From NCBI GenBank assembly GCA_000934665.2, contig JYFJ02000615.1, forward strand, positions 62,001-119,905: a stretch of DNA of 57,905 nucleotides, given 5' to 3'. Positions 50,278 through 57,905 of the stretch are shown in pieces. A program made the translations under genes and the position numbers. The notes below the pieces were generated by a model. The model did not search any database and was not told where the DNA came from. It was given only the letters and a program-made list of their open reading frames with translations. The first letter of the stretch is position 1, and every line of letters starts with the position of its first letter. This stretch comes from Catajapyx aquilonaris (taxonomy: Eukaryota).

Positions 50278-53233
50278 CTGAAACCAGAGTTGAAATAATT
50301 AGACACGCTGCTCTCTCAATTAGTGGGCTGCTGCCAGGGGTGCCCTCATTTGCATTCGGGGGATATGTGCACGGATCGGGTCTCGGATTGGGACCAATCT
50401 GGTATGGATGCATGGGCTTTCATGTATACATATATTTTTGGGGGGGAGAGGACACGTTTGCTGGGGGAGGCCAATTATTGTGACTGATTCTAATTGGCCA
50501 AGGAAGTCTGGTAGCTGATCCCCATAAATTCCTAATCAACGGCGATCGAAGCGCTTTATTATTTAAGCCATGGGCACACGCCTGAAGGATTCGAGATTGT
50601 AAACTCCTGCTGCTTGCACCCACGTGCCTCGAATTCAACGACATTCGCACTCGAATTAAGACCCGGAAGGGAAAGCAACCCTTCCGAATTTTACATAAAA
50701 CAGGAAAAGTCAGCATTACAGCTGTTTTGGAGTTTCCACTGAATTTTCATTTTTTTACGCAATCTCTCGCAGCGACGAATGAAACAACGAATGTACGTTT
50801 TTTTACAGTTATATATAGAGCATGAAATTCTCCCTTCACGTTTCACTAAAAAGGACGAGACAGGTTGGCACTGCCTGGTATTTTGCAGTCAGACTTCAGG
50901 TAATGAATATGAATGGTGTGAAACTATAATATTACCCTATTTTAGATACAGGTACACTGAACTTTTTACTCCATACGAGCTTTACAAGAAGTGTGACTGA
51001 GTTTTTAATACTGCACATCGCAAACGAAATAAAACGTGTTCAGAGCATTATTTTCGCATCTATTAGAACCTCACTTTTCGATTTTTTTTAAAAAAAACCG
51101 TACATGGTTAGACCCTTTTCAACTTTCTTCATATAAAATGTGAGGAAAAACCCGGATTAAATATTCCTCTTCTCCCCTCCCCCATCCCTGGATCCAAAAT
51201 AGTAGGATTTGAGAGTCAAATCTAAAAGTCAAGCCTCGTCACCGCCTAACGAATCCCCGAGTTAGGGGCACCCCTCACCCTTCCTTTTTTTTTATTCAAA
51301 CTCGGGGCGCTGTTTCATTAGTCCCTTGTAGCGATAGGATTTCTTTATTACAGCCCAGGGATCGGCTGGCTACCTTTTTTTTCTCTCTCCCTTTTCCTCT
51401 TGATCGCAGAGGGTAGAAGCCTGGCATGTTGACAATTAAGGCGTATTACTTCCACGTCTTTGGTTCCCAAGAGGAGCAAAGAGAGAAGATACCTCTGATA
51501 ATTTGAAATAAAAGGCGGAGGTGGGTCCTCGGTTCAGTTCAACAAAAAAAAAATACTTCTGATAACGAGGTCGTACAATGCGTTGAACCAAAAGGTAAAA
51601 TATCGATCATGTCAATACCTCCGCTTCAACATAGTAATAAAGCATCGGAATGAAATGAGCGCTGTTATTTTTCCCCTGCCAACCGGAACGAAGCAAACAA
51701 ATAGGGTATTCAAGATGCGTTTTGCAGCGTTACTCGACTCGAAATTAAATTCGCAGTGCGGGATGATTGGAATTTTAAACACGTGAGGAAGTCCTTTATT
51801 TCGGCCTCCCCTCGGTCTCGAAACCGCACACACACACACAAAAAAAAATTGGGTTGGAAAAAATATATATACGGTAGGAAACGTCTGGACCCAAGTTCGT
51901 ATCAGTGAAAAAAACAGCGGCTTCATAATGTCAAGGGTCAAACACAAAATCCACGCTCTAACACATGGCTGCGGTCACTTCATTAGTGGACCGTATAAAA
52001 GGAGTCCGCTTCGAACATGAAACGATATGAAATATTATCACTACCCCTCTGTGTATGAAGAGAGTGTGTTGTTACGGGGGGCATTATTGCATTTAATTCA
52101 TTTTTTTTGAACATTGCGCAGGGTTAATTTGTGAAAGGTCGGTCCTTAATGAAGAAAAGCCAGGCCCCGGATTTAAAAAACACGGGGAATAAATAATGGC
52201 AGCACCCGGAGAGAGCTAGACTTAGGTTAATTAGTATGGCATTCCGGAGTTAACCGGGTCGTAAAATGAGTTTTATTTTTTCCTATCTCTCGTTGCTATC
52301 ACAGGGGCTTACGAACCACACTAAATTTGTGCAGACGAACGTTGAATATGTTTTTAGTGCAAATATTACAGACGTCAGAGTATTTTATTGTATACGAACT
52401 ATAGAAGGTGGAATAAATGCCAGAATTTGATTTTGATGGAACCAAAATTAGGAATTGTCCATCCGTGAGTAGAAACACGCCTTTTTTTCTCTCTTCAAGC
52501 TAAAGGCAACAAGGCAACAAATTGGAACAACATTCCTGTTCCTCTCTCTTGGTCCTTTTTTCCTCCAATCCGTCCTTTTTTTTCTTTCGAGTTTTTTTCT
52601 TCTTCTTCTTGCACGCGCTTGGGCCAGCAGAAGGAAATAGAAAATCTGTCTGGCACATCCCACGGCCCGAATCCGGCATCGCAGTGCAGGCATGTATCGG
52701 CAGTTGGCAGAAGAAAGTAGACGGAGGAGGAAGAAGAAGATGGGGGGAGGGGGGATGGATTGAACCATCCGGAGACATGTCAAAAGGGGGGACGTCAGAC
52801 GCCGCTTTCGCATCCCCTTGTTGTCGCCTTCTTGTCAGACGTTTTTTTTTAAGGTCCACAGACCACTCACCTACCTACCGGATAGAAGGAGGAAAAATAT
52901 CGAACCTCTCCTACATGTGGGGGATACCATCAGGCAGAGCTTGATATAAAAATGTACACCCAATTCCGGGTATAGATATGGACAACCAGGGTATGACAGT
53001 TCGCTAAATTTTTGCCAGATTTGGTGCCAAACACGGATTCGAACCAGATGGTGTGGCTTGGTCCGGATTTGATAAATTGGGGGTGACCCGTAACAAATAA
53101 TCCGGATATTTTTTGGGTCTGTTTTCCAACTGATATGTGTCACTGCCGCTTGTGCGAATGTCAGTTAGAAAGTGTCATTATCACAGAACTAGAGCACCCG
53201 TAGCCACAATTTGGCAAGGCCTGATGATTTAGT

Positions 53234-53315
53234 GCCGTGATCAGAAGGTGGCAGCACTCACCAGGGGCCCTTCTATCTTTCCGCCGCGATCAGAAGGTGG
53301 CAACAATCACCGGGG
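53234..53315 (+). repeat. Tandem direct repeat, 49-bp period
   Basis: GCCGTGATCAGAAGGTGGCAGCACTCACCAGGG at 53234 and GCCGCGATCAGAAGGTGGCAACAATCACCGGGG at 53283. Confidence 0.8.
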
Positions 53316-53426
53316 ACAGTTCTCCTTCCGGAGCGTTCCGGAGGCGAAAAAAATAAGTCTATTATTATAGAGGGAATGCTCATCATTGCCTCAATCACAA
53401 TTGATTTTTTTTGCATTGTTCATATA

Positions 53427-53619
53427 GAGGATGTTCCAAATTTAAATAACTGATGTCGCCAGATAGCAGTTATTTTTGTAGCTTTTAGCCAGGTTCCCCA
53501 TTTCATAGCAACTTCTATATTCGACCCCATGGGAGTAATGGGGCACCTAGTTATTAGGGGCACAACAAGCTACAAAAAATAACTACCATCAGGCGATAAA
53601 AGTTGTTTGGAACACCATG
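53427..53619. mobile_element. Degenerate mariner-type MITE
   Basis: GAGGATGTTCCAAA ... TTTGGAACACCATG (decayed CAGGGTGTTCCAAA TIR), with inner arms AGTTATTTTTGTAGCTT / AAGCTACAAAAAATAACT. Confidence 0.65.
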
Positions 53620-54741
53620 CGTATAACTGTATTGATGAGAAACGTCACATGCTTAATTTCATGTAATTTGGATGATTGTTCAGTTAATAAGCGATTTTAA
53701 ACGGTGCCCATGTTTCAAGTATAAGCCAGCATTTCTGAATTCCACAGCACAAGTTCCCTTCACAGCCACTTGGCTTTGATTCAAGTGCACCTGTTTCTTG
53801 AGAAACGAGAGACAAAGCCGGGCGATAATCAGCGCTCAATAATTCATGCATCTCGGGACGAATCTCTCTCTGGGTATAAGATGGGGGAGAGAGATAAGTG
53901 ATCACACGGCGCGTGTAATCATCTCGAGTGCACCTTCTCTTCTTCTTCTCTCTAACCCACCCCCCCTCGGGCTCCCCCGAAAATCTTGATCAGCAATTAA
54001 GAAAGCGCAATAACCGAATCACACACGATCCACCTGCTTCGCAATCTATCTGAGAAAACTCTAAGTCTCCTCCAAGCCCACCTTCATTAATTCCAGCAGC
54101 AGGAAGGGAAAACGAAAATGAGGATTGCTTGAGCAGGCTTCTTCTTCTCTCTCCCCCCCCACCCCCACTTCTTTTTTTTTTGGGGGGGGGGGAGGGTGAA
54201 TTGCGTGGATTCATCCCCTTAACCTCCCTACCCACCCCCACATCTAGACTGATTCTTCCCCTGAGGGGACTCGGAGCTATGCATACCAAATCATGGGTGA
54301 TGCTTCCGATGGGAGACCAAGAAGCAACCTTCCAGAGAAAGAGAAGGAAAAAAAAACACAGGCCAATCACATGCATCAACAGATTTCTCCGAAAAATCAA
54401 CCCCCCCGTGTTTTCTAGAAGTCGGGGTCTAGTTCTGAATACGTACCATGGGGTGTCGTGCTCGCTTAATTAGTGGCTATAAAACAGGTGAGGAAGTATG
54501 GAGGGGGGGGGGGGTCATTAAGCGCCCTGCTCCCCATTTTCGCGTCAGCCTGACGACATCTTGCCTTGTACAATGGCTGCCGAGGCTGTTCTCGAAAGAT
54601 AAATTTTGAAAATGGAGGCTGACAAGGCCGTTGCAGTGCTGACAGGGTGACATCTATGGCCAGTCGTAATTTACTGCAGCTTATGCGCTCACAGGGTGAG
54701 TCAGAAGCTGTCTCAAACAAGGATTAGCCTGTATGTGTATA

Positions 54742-54880
54742 CAGAGCTGGACATTAGTGGTGTCGTACTGGTGGCTCCAAAGCCATGAAGGCAAAAGAGC
54801 GAATCGAAGCGAATAAATTCGATCTTTTGCTGCCACGGCTCATGGTGCCACCAGTACGACACCATTAATGACCAGCACTG
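54742..54880. mobile_element. MITE family A, copy 3
   Basis: TA|CAGAGCTGGACATTAGTGGTGTCGTACTGGTGGC ... GCCACCAGTACGACACCATTAATGACCAGCACTG|TA; TA present on both sides. Confidence 0.85.
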
Positions 54881-55822
54881 TACAATTTAAATTGCAAAAA
54901 AATGCATAAAATCCGGGTGAGACTTACTATCCAATTTTGTGTTTTTTAAACGTTTAAATTGGGCATAACTCATTTATAAATAGGCTGAATTCACACCCAA
55001 AAAATGCTTAAAATTTTCTTACTTTGAGGATTGCAAGAACGCAAAACTCTTTGGCGAATTCAACAGAGTGTTGCTCCATTACAGCCAGGCTAAATCCAAG
55101 CACTCCATTACATCTCGGCTCTCTCTCTCTCTGGAAGATCCCTATTGGTTCAACCTCTTTAAGCCATTTGTTTCCGAACCATTATCCCTCGAGTAATTCA
55201 GAAACTTGTATTGGCAATAACTCCACCCAGATATACTCCGGCGATAAGAAGACGAATACTCGAGTTTCACACCGACTTTGTGCAATATTTTAATGCCCCC
55301 ATGGAGAGAATAATCTGGATGTGTATTTATGCTTGCATATACTATAGAAGGCATTAAAATCTCTTCGGGCAATATGCTGTGGTGTATTAAACCGAGCGCC
55401 CATGGATTCAAACAGGCGCCTATTTCTTGCAAGTTCCGCCCCATCCAAAATCTGGTTAATCAAGATTTAGTGCGCAGAGTTTGCGTCCGATTATTAATGC
55501 CGAATGAGAAAACCCAGTGTCCCATGAATGTTTCATCCTTCCTTGCGGGGTCGAGGCTCGGTCTTCATAAATCATGAGCCGCACTTTACATGTCACGACA
55601 CATCTGCTGTCCTCTTTTTTCCGCCCTTTTTTGGGGGAACAACCGGTAAAAAAAAACTTGTGAGATTCTGTGATTAATACTACGGTGTGGATAGAGACAG
55701 AAGAAGAAAAAATATCGCGAAATTGTGCACGCGATTGGGACAAGCGTGCCTGAGTCGAGTTACGGACAGGGTATTTAGTTTAGAAATAAATCTAGTTTCT
55801 AACGATTCTGTCTAATTGTGTA

Positions 55823-56000
55823 CTATAACACGGAAAAGGATTGTCGCACTGTATTCGTGTGGTGTCCGCGACTTTTTAGTTTACCCTCCTACCGCAAGGG
55901 TCGTCACAGTCATCCGGCAACGACACTTGCGGCAGGAGGGCAAACAAAAAGTCGCGGGCACCACACCAATACAGTGCGACAATCTTTTTGCGCGTTATAG
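55823..56000. mobile_element. MITE family B, copy 2 (central deletion relative to copy 1)
   Basis: TA|CTATAACACGGAAAAGGATTGTCGCACTGTATTCG ... ATACAGTGCGACAATCTTTTTGCGCGTTATAG; arms match 16019-16230; 34 nt shorter. Confidence 0.88.
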
Positions 56001-57809
56001 TGTCCTGTAGGGTATGACCACTGCTCATTTTCCCGGCATCAATTCTGTCCGACACGTTACACCCCAGCGTGTGATGCTAAAACCCATCTGACTATCAATC
56101 AAAAAACGTCTTTTCGCCGCCACACACAAAAATGTCACCCGCATCCAACTCTAGGTTCAAACGAAAAGCCCTGTGCATATAATATCGACCCATGAGTTGC
56201 GTGTGGAGACAATGCGTTTGTTCGCAGGTGAGTCCCCCACCCCCATGTCAACCTGCAGCTAATTAACCAGCCCTGCACTGTACCCCACACAGTCGACGGT
56301 ACATAGGGGGTTCTGAAGCGGCGGCACCTGACGTGCGAAAGCCCGAGCCAGGCCTCATGCCTTATTCAGCAACGCCGCATCACATGGCCAACACGAGTCT
56401 AATCGGGCGAGGTAAAAAGAGGAGGGGAGAGAGAGAGAGAGACCGGTACAGTACATGGGTGTATATATACACCCCCCCCCCCTTTTTGCCTCTATTAAGC
56501 TCCAGGCACGTGTTTCCAGTTTCCAATTTGCACGCGCTTTTCCTCAGGTCCGCCCTGAGAATATTTCTGCGAATACAATGCGCGTCTAGATTGGAAACTC
56601 TTGCCATCTTTGTGTTCTGTGAATAGAGCAAGGGGGGCGGACGAGGATGAAATATCGTGGGGGTGGGGGGGGGGGGTTCAAAGAAGGTGGTAATTATAGA
56701 TGCAATCGCCAGGCCCTATTTTCCGAGCTAGAGAGCAAAGAGCGTGCTTGTATATTACTTATGCAGGGTTCAGGTAACAGAAAATCCATTTTCGTGGCTA
56801 CATGTCAGGTTGAGGCTGGACAAAGACGCTGACATGACGGGGGCAATCGGTAACAATAGGGGTCACGTTACTTGTTCGGACAATCAGAATGGGGCGGGGG
56901 GAAGGTTACTTTTGTTGCATCCTCTATACGCCTGTCATGTACAGTACTGCCCGTAATAATTCAGACTAAAAAAAGGTACCAGGGACAGGCGGGGGCGAAT
57001 AGTAAGGTCATTTAGGACATCGGGTGGTCAAAAAAGTCCAGCTAGACATGAACATCCGGTGCTATTTATAATGTACGTTAATTAATATGTCATCTTAACA
57101 AGTGCGTCTAACACTTACGCCACTTAAAACATTCAGTGCGTACCACTGTTTTTAGTGCAGGTCAAAAGGTCAGGTTAATTATTAAGTTACTGAAGCTGCG
57201 TGGGCGGACAGTTTCGCATCATGCCTCCTGAAATATTTCTTAATTTTTTAAAATAGTTTAACTTATGACAAAATCATACATATAGGAGTAGGTTCACGAA
57301 ACTGAATTTTTTCCTGCATTCTGCTCCAGTTAGTGGTGCAACGAACTACTTTGTTATTGGCATACATAAGCAGGGCAGTTTGTGGGGAGGCATCGAATCT
57401 GAATTGCTGAATAAGTCATTTGTCTTGGTATTGATTGGTTGCAGCACAAGAAAAGTATAGAAAAACCAAAAGGAAAGGAGGGCAGAATATATACCCCCAC
57501 GCAACCCTTTTTAAAAACCTGAAACATGCTGCCCTCGTATATCCCTGCCGCCATTCCGTCACCATACTATTGCAGTGCAAGCCGCGAATCACGATTCCGG
57601 TAGTCACGCTTGACAGACCCACATCAAATGGGGGAGCCACGGACCCTTGAAACCCATTTAGTCGCGGGAGGGGTTCAAAGGAAAACCCCCCCAGCGCCGG
57701 CGCAATCTGGGGGGCGAATATTGTTCCCCCGATCCCACTCAATCATCCGATATCCCGACCGCAATATTAATTTTGTGTCACTTGTCTAAAAATCACATAT
57801 TTGCAGCAC

Positions 57810-57905
57810 ATCTATAATATTAAAATGCTTGCGGACGGCCGCCGAGCCCTCTGATTGGTCCGCCCCCGTATTGTTGCCGCCACCTCTTCCCATTGGCCCC
57901 CCGTC
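57810..57905 (-). mobile_element. Family H, terminal portion, reverse orientation, runs off the window end
   Basis: Reverse complement reads GGGCCAATGGGAAGAGGTGGCGGCAACAATACGGGGGCGGACCAATCAGAGGGC...ATTTTAATATTATAGAT. Confidence 0.6.

Noticed and set aside
53030..53110. GGTTCGAATCC B-box on the minus strand (also GTTCGATTCC at 2401)
   Set aside because: No A-box at suitable spacing and no cloverleaf; not a tRNA or a recognisable SINE head.
44418..53315. Short direct repeats with spacers considered as CRISPR-like arrays
   Set aside because: Only two diverged copies each, in a eukaryotic intron, with no cas genes.
172..54726. Frequent TAATCC/GGATTA (K50 homeodomain-type) sites
   Set aside because: The rough count (about 45) is not far above the rough expectation (about 35) from base composition.
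28..57742. The roughly 250 short ORFs in the supplied track other than those overlapping exons A, C, D and F on the minus strand
   Set aside because: They are 60-150 aa, overlap on both strands, are dominated by homopolymer-derived F/K/G/P runs and show no recognisable domains; this is the expected background in intronic DNA.
50278..57905. Search for the start/signal-peptide exon
   Set aside because: No minus-strand ATG plus hydrophobic stretch ending in a phase-1 donor could be identified; it probably lies beyond the window.

Overview
Eukaryotic, most likely arthropod, genomic DNA. About 98% of it is intron of one large minus-strand gene. Seven internal coding exons can be joined with canonical GT-AG sites and matching phases (50277-50136, 33107-33040, 31036-30785, 17827-17591, 16826-16607, 3518-3454, 3197-3117; 1065 nt, about 355 codons). 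They give a stop-free, cysteine-rich, extracellular-type protein that I recognise from memory as resembling the uncharacterised DUF7044/DUF7042/DUF7043 family; this needs an HMM check. The start and stop exons were not found and probably lie outside the window. Three of the exons are missing from the supplied ORF track, and almost all other listed ORFs look spurious. The introns hold many short non-autonomous hairpin elements (TA-flanked Tc1/mariner- and pogo-type MITEs), a four-copy Helitron-like repeat carrying paired CCAAT boxes, mini- and microsatellites, and a short (TTAGG)n tract. I found no RNA gene, intact transposase or CRISPR array, and no clearly new multi-gene system. The best leads are: an internal repeat in the protein mirrored by intron phases; an inverted repeat pair bracketing a frame-neutral exon; three unrelated palindromes with a 1-nt centre; a hairpin covering a predicted branch point; and an apparent excess of TCCGGA.
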